Below, in pieces: positions 22,468-33,162 of a DNA stretch of 64,000 nucleotides. The notes beneath the pieces were generated by a model. The model did no database searches. It saw only the letters and a list, made by a program, of their open reading frames with translations, and was not told the origin of the DNA. The position numbers were made by a program, and so were the translations under genes. The DNA is from Minutocellus sp. GHC0000111 (Eukaryota): assembly GCA_977018835.1 (NCBI GenBank), contig OZ361259.1, positions 1,612,001-1,676,000 of the forward strand. The letters are read 5' to 3'. Position 1 is the stretch's first letter; every line of letters begins with the position of its first letter.

Positions 22468-24996
22468 TTACAAGCTGCCATTTTCTCTCAGTATCGCCGG
22501 CATCCAAGAGCTAACATCATTTGCCGATACACCGAAGTTTGTCTTAGCTTTCTTATTATTTCTTGCAGATTTCTTGTTGCTGCCTGGGCTTCTGCGCTTC
22601 TTTCCGGCGTAAACGACAACGTCGTCAGCATCGTCGCATTGACATTCAGCCCGAGTGTGGCCAAGCTGCTTGCATTTCTGACACTGCTGGTCAATCTTCT
22701 TCTTGCGGCCAGGCTTTGCTGGTTTCGCCTTACCAGCAGCTAGGGCCCTGTTCTTCTTGTACACATAGTCCTTGTCGTCTTTCTCGCTTCTGTTTCGCAA
22801 GGCTGCTCGAAGGCGCTTGCTGTCGCTCTTGCTCTTTTTGTACTCATCGGTGCGCTTACGCGCAAGGTCGCCCTCGAGCTTCCGGTCAATTGCATCGAAT
22901 CCATCTTTTCGGGTAGGAGAATCCCTCGATCCCAACTTTCCAATAACTCGCTCATTGAATTCCGTACCCAGTGACTTGTGGCCAGCGGCTCTACTTGTTG
23001 CATTTGGGTAGGCGTCTGAAGCAGTCAAATTCGGCCTTTTCCCCATCGTGAACTTCGTCACCATCCCGTTGAGCTGTTCGACGCCGGTGGTAGATTCCTT
23101 CTTGCAGTTGGAGTCGGCAGTATTCTTGTTGATTCTCTTGGTTATTTCAAGCGTCATCTTGCGAATCGTGTCGTCACTAATCTCCAATATGTCGCCATCG
23201 AATTGATTCCCCGAGCTCCATTCCTCATCGAGCTTGCCATCACTCCAATCAGGATGAGCAATGCTGAGGCGAATCCAATCACACGTGTTGGTGGTGCAAA
23301 AAGTGTGAATGCCACATTGGTGACGAACGACGGACTGGAGTTCTTTCTGAAGGAGGGCCAGATGACTTTGTTTTTCCTCCTCGGACACAGCACCATCGGG
23401 CTGATCGAGAACGCTGTGCTTGTACCGATCAGTAATCTTCGAAATGTCCTGTTTCATCCGATTGATGCGTGGTCGGGGGATGGCATTAAAATTTTCAACT
23501 CCTTTGCATACTTTTCGAAAGCCTGAGTCAATTGAATTGCTCAGATGATTAAAGTCACGGCAAAGCTCAACACCAGAAGCCAACTCATCACCTACTATGT
23601 CTTCCTGAGCGGCTGCTGCCCTAGCAATGCCTTTGCTATCGCCATCGGCAACGTGCTTCTCAACGAAAAGAGGACACGCCTGCACGCTTCCTTCATCGTC
23701 GACCAGAAGATTCCGTCCAACATTCTCGGCCAGATGCTCCTCTGCCACACCGGGGGAGCAGGAAGAGTTGCGATAGCAGAAGCCATCATGGTCGTACAGG
23801 GCCAGTGTCTCATCCTTGCTCATGTTTTTGAGCTCACTCGGCGTCATTGGATTGCCGGCTTCCCGCCTCTCCCTCAATCTTGCATTGCAGGCTCTCACGC
23901 AATAGTGGCAGCTTGCCTGAGAGATTCCCTTGTCAACAACAAGGCCAGTTTCCTTGTCTACGGCAAACACCGCTGCAGCAGAGCCAGTGTAGCAATGGCC
24001 GTAGTCGCGTTTGAGGGCGCTGCCGTCTTGGGCCACCGTAACCACCGCCGCCGTGTGCATCTCGCCGCCTTGTTCAAACTCAACAGTCTTGCTGCTAGCG
24101 GCATGTGCTTTTGCCCTATTCTCGTCAATGATTTCATCAGCTGCTTCAATAGCCGCTGCTCTGCATTTCTTTTCCACCTGTCGGGCATTCTTTTCGGTCG
24201 GATGGACGATGTCGGCCTTCGTGCAGAAATTCATGAAGCGACTTGCGTGCATGGCCTCATCTTCCGCTGCCTCCATCAGCTCCAAGTTCATTCCAGCCTG
24301 ACTTCTAGAATGCTTTCTGCCGGGGCACACAACTTCTGACCTCTGGCCGATCCAAGTGCAAAAAGAAAAAGGTTGGTTGCATCTGTCGCATCGCCATTCA
24401 AATGCAACGCCGAATCCACGCCGAACTGGCTCGGCCGAGAGATGCAGATTGCCGCACGATCGGTGGAGACTCTGCACGAAATCATGCAGCTGCTTCATCT
24501 CAACCACAATTCTTTTGCCGTTGAGCTGCACTCCGGTGATGTTGGGACGATCGGTGGCGTTGGCGGTGGGAGTAGATGACCGACCGCCCGAAGAATTCTT
24601 GTCGGAACAATGTTTCAGCATCGCGTTGAGATGGGGCCCATGCTTTTCATCGTCCTGGAAGTGATTTTCAGGTGTGGTCGGCAGTGATCGCTTGCCATTG
24701 CGTTGAGAGCGTGGGCTGGCGTTATCGGCCATTCTGGAGAAGCGGCAGAAGGGCTTTGCAACGTCAAGGCCTGATGTTTTCTCTGGACGTCGTCGTTGGA
24801 TGTTGACCTCGTGTCGTGTTGGGACGTGTTGAAGAGATGATCGAACAAGAGAGATCTCTAAGCTCGGCGACACGCCACCGCGCATCAAGATGCGGACAAG
24901 CTCATCAATAGTGTAGTAAGTACATCTGACGTCGTCTGGGAATGAGAGCAAGAGTGAGAGGATTGCCTCCTTGGCGTTAGCACGTGATGTTTCCAT
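22468..24996 (-). CDS. DDE transposase (Kolobok/Mutator-like) with C-terminal zinc knuckle
   Basis: VTVAQDGS (D1), CxxC, HVADGDSK (D2), RDFNH, TTGVEQLNG (E), CQKCKQLGHTRAEC. Confidence 0.85.
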   Translation of the reverse strand: METSRANAKEAILSLLLSFPDDVRCTYYTIDELVRILMRGGVSPSLEISLVRSSLQHVPTRHEVNIQRRRPEKTSGLDVAKPFCRFSRMADNASPRSQRNGKRSLPTTPENHFQDDEKHGPHLNAMLKHCSDKNSSGGRSSTPTANATDRPNITGVQLNGKRIVVEMKQLHDFVQSLHRSCGNLHLSAEPVRRGFGVAFEWRCDRCNQPFSFCTWIGQRSEVVCPGRKHSRSQAGMNLELMEAAEDEAMHASRFMNFCTKADIVHPTEKNARQVEKKCRAAAIEAADEIIDENRAKAHAASSKTVEFEQGGEMHTAAVVTVAQDGSALKRDYGHCYTGSAAAVFAVDKETGLVVDKGISQASCHYCVRACNARLRERREAGNPMTPSELKNMSKDETLALYDHDGFCYRNSSCSPGVAEEHLAENVGRNLLVDDEGSVQACPLFVEKHVADGDSKGIARAAAAQEDIVGDELASGVELCRDFNHLSNSIDSGFRKVCKGVENFNAIPRPRINRMKQDISKITDRYKHSVLDQPDGAVSEEEKQSHLALLQKELQSVVRHQCGIHTFCTTNTCDWIRLSIAHPDWSDGKLDEEWSSGNQFDGDILEISDDTIRKMTLEITKRINKNTADSNCKKESTTGVEQLNGMVTKFTMGKRPNLTASDAYPNATSRAAGHKSLGTEFNERVIGKLGSRDSPTRKDGFDAIDRKLEGDLARKRTDEYKKSKSDSKRLRAALRNRSEKDDKDYVYKKNRALAAGKAKPAKPGRKKKIDQQCQKCKQLGHTRAECQCDDADDVVVYAGKKRRSPGSNKKSARNNKKAKTNFGVSANDVSSWMPAILRENGSL

Positions 24997-25465
24997 GGTT
25001 GTTTTTTTTGTTTTGTGTCGGTTCTGGCGCAAGATGCGCTTTTCGATGAGAACCTTACAAAAAGAACCCCAAATGAGGGAGACGTGCAAAAATACCCCAA
25101 ACAAATATCCCCTTACCTCCCAACAGCAAAACTTCAAGATATCTTCCCACCAGCACCACCAATGCTGGTTATGCGTCGGCCGAGACTAATTTCGGTCGAT
25201 CCGACGATGACGTGCACGTCGACTGTTGTGTTTCTGAGGGAGAGTTGATTCATCGAAGTTCCTCTGAACCAAGTGTTCCTGGAGGGATTTCCGACTTAAT
25301 GCTGAAAGGAACGTCGATGACTCTTCGCCACTGTGGAGAGCGGCGGCCTTCGATGAGGAGCCCATTGTCACGTTGGAGTGCTAACTTTGGCGATGGTGCG
25401 AAGAAAAAACGGCACAAAACACGCTTTTTGGGGGCTTCCTAAAAGTTATGGACAGCGCCCTCTTA

Positions 25466-28453
25466 ACGAGACGCAATAATTCGCCTTCTTCTTCAAGTTC
25501 GGCACAAAACGCTCAGGGCCATCCCGACCTTCGTGGCAAGTGGCCTTTTGAACTAAGTGACATCCCAAAAGATGATCGAGTTTTTTACGGTCAACTTGAC
25601 AATGGGCTGCGATACATGCTCCTGCCCAACGGTGAGCTCCCCGGCCGTCTTTCGGTGCGCATGCATATCGATGTGGGTAGTATTCAGGAGGATGACGATC
25701 AGAAGGGCGTGGCGCACATGCTGGAACATCTCGTCTTTACCGGCACAGAGAACTATCCGGAACTACCAGAGTTGGATTACACAGTCCAGCGACTGGGCGC
25801 ACATAACAACGCCTACACGTCCTTCGAGGAGACTGTCTACGATGTCGACCTGCCCAACACAGAGGAGGACACCGTGAACACCATCTTTGCCATACTACGG
25901 GACATGGCCGATAGGGCACTCCTCACGGAAGAAAAGGTGGAAATCGAGCGCGGAATCGTGCTGTCAGAGGAACGATCGGGGGACAGTGTGGAATGGCAAA
26001 TTATATTGGATCAGCTCGAGTTCCTCCTGCCAGATCATCGGCTGGCCCAGCGCATTCCCATTGGTGATCGTGATGTGATCAAGACAGTTCTTAGGCAGCG
26101 CATCAAGGACTTTTATGATGAGTTTTATGTACCGGAGCACATGACGATTGTTGTGGTTGGCGAAATGATGACATTTGAGATGGAGAAATTGGTGCAGGAT
26201 TACTTTGGCGACATGGAACAGCCTGCGGTCGTCGGTGAGAAGCATCCAGACATGGGAACCATCCCGAAGGGACACGGATTCCGAGTTTCGGCCATGTCCG
26301 AGAAGGAGGTTGTCGATGATGACTTGTGGCTCACGACCATCAAGCCGTGGGTGGTCAAGGTCGACTCGAGAGCTTATCGGACAGAGCATTTGCCGCTGGC
26401 TTTGGCCAACTTTATCGTGGGTGATCGCTTTGATATATTGTCGCGTGTTGAAGGAACCCCCATCAAGGGTGGATATGCCGGACGAGACAATTTCATGCAC
26501 TATTTGGATTGGGGTGACCTCGTCCTTGTTGCCAAGCATGGTCGGTGGGAGGAAGCTGTTAGTATCCTCGAGCAAGAAACCAGGCGCGCTGTGGAGCATG
26601 GATTCACAAAGTTTGAACTGAGAGATGTCAAGGCAAGGATCTTGTCTTACTACGAAGACATGGTGCTTATGAAGGATAGCCGCGAATCGTCGAGTCTGTC
26701 CTGGGACTTAATCAATACCATTAATGGCCTGGGTGTGTTTGCGACACCTGAAACAGATTTAGAGGTACTGCAAGAGAGCCTAGAGAAGATCACGCTCGAT
26801 GTGATGAACAAGGAATTCCGTGACTACTGGAGTACAAAGGACCTCACCCTCTTTCTAACAACAAAGGAGGAGGTCAATGAGGAAATGGAGGCAAAGCTCA
26901 AACAACTATATCTTGATAGCCAAAAGGTCAAAGTTGAACCGCCTCCAGAACGAGAGCAGATTGTTTGGGGCTACACCAACTTTGGGCCCTCCGGCACTGT
27001 CGTAAGTGACACTATGATCGAAGACCTACAAATCCGACAGTTGACGCTCTCAAACAACATTCGGGTCAATATGAAGTATACAGATTTTGACTCGGAATAC
27101 CTATATGTTGTGGCCCGCTTTGGTACTGGAAAATTGGAGATGCCACCGAGACCGTGGTTCGATCAATTTGCAGAATACGTAATGGACTACGGCGGCCTCG
27201 GGAAGCACAGCTACGAAGAAGTCGATAAGATCTTTGCTGATAATTCCGTCTGGGTTGGTTTTTGGGTAAATGGCGATGACTTTGACGTATCTACCGAGAT
27301 TATCGCGGACGATTTGCTTCCCGCTTTACAACTCATGGTAGCTAGCATAACGGATCCAGGCTACCGAGAGGAAGCTGTCCGTGAATACAAGAATGATATT
27401 TCTGCCGACATGAACCGGCTCCGCCATCGCCTCGGAGGAGCGATGCAGTATGTCGAAGAGTTTCTGTGGGGCAATGATCCTAGATTTGGCGTGCCGACGG
27501 AAGAAGAGTTCTTGGCATTTACTGCCGATGATGTGAAGGCTTGGCTTGACGATCATCTTTCAAGTAGCTACATTGAGCTGAGCTTGGTTGGAGACTTTGA
27601 TTTGGATGACGCTGTACCTGATATTCTTTCCACATTTGGCGCCCTCCCCGAGAGGGATGCCGTTCCGATTGTAGTGGGCGAGGAAGCAAGGGAAATAACG
27701 TTGCCGAGCACACCAACCCACCAAACATTCACCTATGAAAACTCACAGATTGACAAGGCGTCTTCGGTTGTAGCTTTTCCGATCCCACATATTGAGGAAA
27801 ACATGAGTGAGAATAGGCGAATGCAAATCCTCGCTGATGTCCTTAGCAATCGGCTTTATGATAGAATTCGTGAGGAATTGGGTGACTCTTAATCGCCATA
27901 TGCGATTGAGGAAGCAAGCCAAGTGTTCCGTCGGGGGGTCATCTATGCCGAGTCCGAAGGTGAATCCAGCGTTACCACGAAGACAAGTAAGCATATGATT
28001 GAGATTGCTCAGTTCATAGCCTCCACTTTAGACGACGATGAATTTTTGCGAGCCACGAAACTCAAGGAAACGGATCTTGCCGATTCATTGCTGGACAATA
28101 GCCATTGGCTGTATGGCGTAGTTTGCGATTGTCAAGAAAAGCCATTCAAGCTGGATTGGGCACGAGAGAGAGACGCTGACTATGCGGCCATTACATTGGA
28201 GGAGATTCGCTCACTTGCAGCACAGTTCCTCATTCCGTCGAATGCGCTGCGGATCGATGTGATGCCCGAGGGCACTGGAGGTGGTGCGCTTCAAGAAGAA
28301 GAGATTGATGATGGAACTGGAGTCAGAAGACTACTCCCTAGTCATCGTGCGAGGGGACTTGAGACAAAAGATGTGAAACGGAAGCAAGGTCGTAAAGAGA
28401 GAATGAAGGCCGAGCATCGTCGGGCGAGAAAGGCGGCAGCTGCGCTTATGTAG
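25466..28453 (+). pseudogene. M16 (insulinase/PqqL-like) zinc peptidase, disrupted by transposon insertion and a TAA at 27890-27892
   Basis: GQLDNGLRY, GVAHMLEHLVF (HxxEH), NAYTSFEETVY, IREELGDS*SPY with the frame continuing to 28453. Confidence 0.88.
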
Positions 28454-28763
28454 TCGTTGCATGAGATGAATAGGTTTATTTGTGTTGAAATATATCATTT
28501 AGGTTTACATGTTATTGTTATCGCGTTTGCGTTATGTATATTCAGGAAAGATGAAAGACAAAGAGGGAGGGAGAGAGAGAGTGTCCGTGGAATATAATTC
28601 TACGGATCGAGACTACTGACTGGCCTTTTGGTTTGTTGATATTTTACTTTTTCTTCTTTTCGATTGGTATGTGCAGAGTAGATGCTCTCCTCTTTGAGTT
28701 TATGATGATGCCGAGGAGAGTAATAAAAATAAGGCCGAGAGCGGAATTGGCAGTAGAGTCACT

Positions 28764-30130
28764 TCAGCTATCACTCTTCATGTTGAGCTTGGTAGCAAAT
28801 GCGGGAGCGGGAGACTTTTGACGACCAAATGCCCGTCCGGTGGCCAAGGCCTTGACCCCCTTGCTCACCAACTGAGGCATGAAGGGATATCGGCGCTTCT
28901 GCGTATCCTTGGACTTGGGCTCGACACCACCCAGGAGCATCATGGCCTCCTCATCAATGTTGAGATGCTGAACGACCATCATGTCCTCGAGGTGGGTGGC
29001 CTTGGACGAACCAAAGATGACGGAGATATGCTGTCCACGCGTGAGGGGGTAGAGCATGGCAATCTGGGCCAAGTTGCAGCCAGATGAATCGGCCAGCTCG
29101 ACGGCCAGATTGCGACGGCGGTAGTTCTCGGGATGGCAGTAGGCCTTCTGCATGCGCTGGAGGCGCCACTCGTTGGTGCCGCGCTCGACGGGTGCGTCGA
29201 AGGTCTCGGGATCGACCTCGTGCTCGGGCCAAAGGTCGGACTTGGCCATGAAGCCCTTGGCGAGGACTGCATAAATTTAGAGTGATGTAAAACAAGCGAG
29301 TTATTGTGAGATGATTGGATTTTGATGCAATGACAAGAAAACTCAAATCATTGGAACATACAATATCAATCCAACTTACCCTCCCAGCAGAGGAGCTCGA
29401 CACCACGGTCCTGATACCAGTCAATCTCGGCCGAATTGTCGGGAGCACTGATCGAATACGTGCTGGGCCAAACTTCGCCATCGGGAACGGCCAGACTAAA
29501 TTGAGGACTGTTGGCACTGGGTGGTACCAAACCCTTGGACTTGGCATACTCATGAGCGGCCTGGAACCGGTCAAAGTTCCAGTTGCTCACGCCCCAGCGC
29601 TTGATCTTGCCGCTGTTGACGGCCTCGTTGATCCATTCGACAAAGTCGGCGACGGGGATGCGAGGATCGTCGCGATGGAACATGTACAGATCGACAAAGT
29701 CGGTGTGCAACGCGGTCAAACTCTCGTCGATCTCATCGTGCAGACTGGACCGCGTCAGAAGAGGACGGTTAGGATCACCAAAGGCATCGTCACCAATGCC
29801 CCCCTTGGTGATGATGTCGAGGTCGTCACGGGCAATGTCGGGACGGGTGTCGAGCCACTGGCCAAAAATGCGCTCGGACTCGCCGGCGCCGTACGTGTGG
29901 GCCAGGTCGAACCGACGGAAGCCCTTGTCGAACGCCGCGTCGAGGAGGTGGATGGGATCGTCGGCCTTGGACAGGGCGGCCGTGCCGAAGACGATGCGAT
30001 GGATGGCGTGGGCGTTCTGGCGCTGCTCGACCGAGAAGGCGGCGGTGGGATCGACGAGGAAGGCGGCCGCGAGGCACAGAATGGACGAGGCCGTAAATAT
30101 GCCGCAGCGGGAGGCTGGCTCGACAAAAGA
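28764..30130 (-). CDS. Aldo/keto reductase family protein; intron 29267-29379; start codon not evident
   Basis: FDLAHTYGAGESERIFG, IITKGG, DFVDLYMFHRDD, GKIKRWGVSNW; splice gives CWE-VLAKGF. Confidence 0.85.
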
Positions 30131-30632
30131 AAGTTCGTCGATTGTGATTATGGATAAAGGAAATTCTGGTTGGAAAGGGGAGAATCGCAAGAGGAAGGTA
30201 AAAGGGAAAAAGATTGGAGCCACCCACGGAGAGCCTCTCCGTGGACCACCGCCTCAGCCGCTCAGCAACCTTGGCTCAACGGCTTAACAGCAACTCCAAC
30301 AGGAGAGATACTGGACTCTCGTCATTCCCGTACTGCCTTCGGTACTCCTTCGCAAGAGACATTTCTTTATTAGTGACAGTCCGACTCGAATTCCGCGAGG
30401 TTTCGTTTCCGAGCGTCGTGTCGGGTCCAGTGCGGCATGAGGCGACCGAACCGGCCGGCAAGGCCACCTCCGCACAAGCGGAGAAGAAACGCAAGGCAGG
30501 TGGCGGCGCCATACCTACTGCCACCCGCAGCCAGATACCCTGTCTAAGCATTGACATGATTGCCAAAGTTGCCTCTTTTGCCAATCACAGAAACACCTTG
30601 ATGAACGTTTGTGCGGCCGTCGGGCGCAAGGA

Positions 30633-31446
30633 CTACACCAAAGCATCCAGATGCATTCCCTTCCTTACGAATTAGAGGCAAATCATTCGGAACACCGCTG
30701 AGATCCCAGCCACCATGTGTTTGGGGAGATGGCTTTGCCGGTTTGTGCTTGAACGCCGCCCTGGCACAGTCCGCTGCGGCGTCTTCCTCCTTGTCGTAGT
30801 GCCCGATGGAACGCAACTTGCCTTGGACCTTAATCTGCGCTTTCCACTTTTTCTTTTCCTTGTCATGACACACCCCGATGTACTTGGAGCTGCCTACCTT
30901 GGTGTTGGGTGTTGTCCGTGTAGGACGGCGAACTTTGCTGGTTCTTGAGAATGAGTGGCTGAGGTGGTGCGCCAGTTAGGTCGATAAAGCCAATGCCTTT
31001 TCGCTTTGCTGGCTTTGATAGTTCACAAACCTCTGGATGAGCGCGTTTCTTTCCCGCTATTGATGATCTGCCGTTCATGCTGGCATTCGTTGTAGCGCAT
31101 GCTTCTGCTTCAGCGTGAGGCGTTTTACTGTTAATACTACGGGCGTGTCACCGGTAAGCATAGGATTAGTAGAGAGATTAATGACTACTTGCTATTGGTG
31201 CCGCCATGTTGGCGGCGAAGGTTGCGATCCGATGGGATCGGCAGTTCAAGTTCAGGTATTGGTGTTATGTACTTTTAGTACAGATCCGGGTCGGATCAAC
31301 ATTTACCAGCACAAGAGTTTGCTTCATCACATTTTCTATCGTCGCCCTCATCCGTGTGAACTACCAAGCCTAGCATTGCAAAATCCTCGGTGTCGAGAAT
31401 TGCATAACCCTCGCCTACGTCATCAGTACTTGAATGCGCCATCATG
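30633..31446 (-). pseudogene. Degenerate inverted duplicate of the adjacent AP2-domain gene, truncated and interrupted by a solo LTR
   Basis: MAHSSTDDV..., ELSKPAKRKGIGFIDLTG.PPQPLILKNQ and DKEEDAAAD.ARAAFK match 31789-32430. Confidence 0.85.
31129..31301. mobile_element. Solo LTR (173 bp), probably from a Copia-type retrotransposon
   Basis: Begins TGTTAA and ends TCAACA; flanked by 5-bp direct repeat TTTAC (31124-31128, 31302-31306); absent from the paralogous site near 31921. Confidence 0.8.
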
Positions 31447-31788
31447 ATTTCCTTTGAACGTGCTGATTGCTGATCGGGTGGGTTCTGGTGCCCGGTGCTG
31501 GCCTTGCCGATCTCATGCCCATGGGTCTGTGGGTTGTTGTGTGTGGGCGGTGATGCGGTGCTGTTGGTCCCGCCCCAGCCGGTCAACCCCCTCCCTTCCT
31601 TTTGCGATTCTCCCCTTTTCAGCTATAATTTCCTTTCTACGCAGTCACAATCGACGACCGCACGTCGCCCGTACCTAGGTAGGCAGGCCTACACATTTTA
31701 CCGGCCTCCGGCCCTGTACTCGTTCAACCCAGAACCGAACCCACATGTGAACCCAACAGATCAGCACGTTTACAACAAATGGCTTGCC

Positions 31789-32775
31789 ATGGCGCATTCA
31801 TGTACTGATGACGTAGACGAGGGTTGTGCAAGTCTCGACGCTGAGGATTATGCCCTGCTAGGCTTGGTAGTTCTCACAGATCAGGGCGATAGACAGTGCG
31901 ATGCAGCGAATGCCTGTTCTCGTAAAACGCCTCACGCTGAAGCAGCAGCAGATACATGCACTACTTCAAGCACCAGAATAAACATCAGGGCATCAAGACC
32001 TGGGACGAAACGTGGCCTTCCGAATGGTTACGAGCTATCAAAGCCAGCAAAGCGAAGGGGCACCGGCTTTATTGACCTAACTGGTGTGCCGCCGCAGCCA
32101 CTCATTCTCAAGAATCAACTGAGTGCGACGTGCTACCAGGACAATTCCCGACGTCGGCCGATTGGAAAGGGTAGCTCCAAGTACACTGGAGCGTTTTATA
32201 AGAAAAAAATGCAAAAGTGGGAGGCTCGGATAATGGTTCAAGGTAAGGCGCGGTTTATTGGGTACTACGACAAGGAGGAAGACGCCGCAGCGGATTATGC
32301 CAGGGCGGCCTTCAAGTACAAGCCAAAGAAACAATCTCTTGACACCTATGGCGGCTGTGATCTCAGTGGTGTTCCGAACGATTTGCCGCTGATTCGAAAT
32401 GAAAGAAATGCAACTGGATACATTGGTGTAAAACCCAACAAGGGGCGCTTCACGGCATACATTGGCCGTACGAATAAAACCCTGGGTACATTCGATACTG
32501 CCGAGGAAGCCGCATTGATTTATGCAAGGGCCAAGTACTATTTGGAGCAAAGCGAGCTATCGAAGCCAAAAGACACTCCCTTCTTCGACCTGACTGGCGT
32601 ACCGCCGCAGCCACTCATTCTCAAGAATCAACTGAGTGCGACGTGCTACCAGGACAATTCCCGACGTCGACCGATTAGGGAGGGTAGTTCCAAGTACACC
32701 GGGGTATACTATGATCCTGTGGACTCGTACTTTATTGATAGTGCTGGCGACAAGGTCGACGGAGTTGCTGTATAA
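31789..32775 (+). CDS. AP2/ERF-domain DNA-binding protein (two AP2 domains plus a truncated third)
   Basis: SSKYTG...KWEARI....RFIGYYDKEEDAAADYARA; GYIGV....RFTAYI....LGTFDTAEEAALIYARA. Confidence 0.85.
   Translation: MAHSCTDDVDEGCASLDAEDYALLGLVVLTDQGDRQCDAANACSRKTPHAEAAADTCTTSSTRINIRASRPGTKRGLPNGYELSKPAKRRGTGFIDLTGVPPQPLILKNQLSATCYQDNSRRRPIGKGSSKYTGAFYKKKMQKWEARIMVQGKARFIGYYDKEEDAAADYARAAFKYKPKKQSLDTYGGCDLSGVPNDLPLIRNERNATGYIGVKPNKGRFTAYIGRTNKTLGTFDTAEEAALIYARAKYYLEQSELSKPKDTPFFDLTGVPPQPLILKNQLSATCYQDNSRRRPIREGSSKYTGVYYDPVDSYFIDSAGDKVDGVAV
32073..32702 (+). repeat. Internal ~120-bp direct repeat in the AP2 gene (about 32073-32190 and 32587-32702)
   Basis: Both units encode DLTGVPPQPLILKNQLSATCYQDNSRRRPI..GSSKYTG and are nearly identical at DNA level. 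Confidence 0.9.
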
Positions 32776-33162
32776 AGTCGAGTTCCATGAAACCAATTAT
32801 CTTTTTGAAGCCAACTTCCGTGAGAATTTGGAACGAGACACTTGAGAATTTGAAAGGGGGGGCAGAACGAGAAAGTTGGAACCAAGCGCTCAAATCGTGA
32901 CTTAGACTCAAATGAAGAGAAATACTGCCACCTATGTATCGGACATAGATACATGTACTCTTCTTTAAAGCGTCTGAATATAAAAATGTTGTACATAAAA
33001 CACAAGTGAGAAGCACGGTCTGTTCTCGCCTCTGACCGGTACAAAGTCCTCGATCATTCTATTCTATTTTTAATATCATCCCACTGTGCATATCAACCAT
33101 TCTACCATGAAGGGTGCCGTAATGGTATTGCAATATCCCATGTGTTCGATTTCGTTTGCTTC

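Larger units (their letters stand above)
21010..25462. mobile_element. Kolobok-like DNA transposon, copy 1 (4453 bp)
   Basis: TIR GAGGGCGCTGTCCATAA (21010-21026 and 25446-25462); TTAA at 21006-21009 and 25463-25466; two convergent ORFs; near-identical copy at 54890. Confidence 0.92.

Noticed and set aside
24997..25137. 47-aa N-terminal extension of the copy 1 transposase in the ORF track
   Set aside because: It depends on a non-ATG start and a variable T-run and is absent in copy 2; METSRAN is the likely start.
21006..25466. piggyBac classification based on the TTAA target site
   Set aside because: The termini begin GAG rather than CC, the transposase motifs are not piggyBac-like, and a second KolX-like gene is present.
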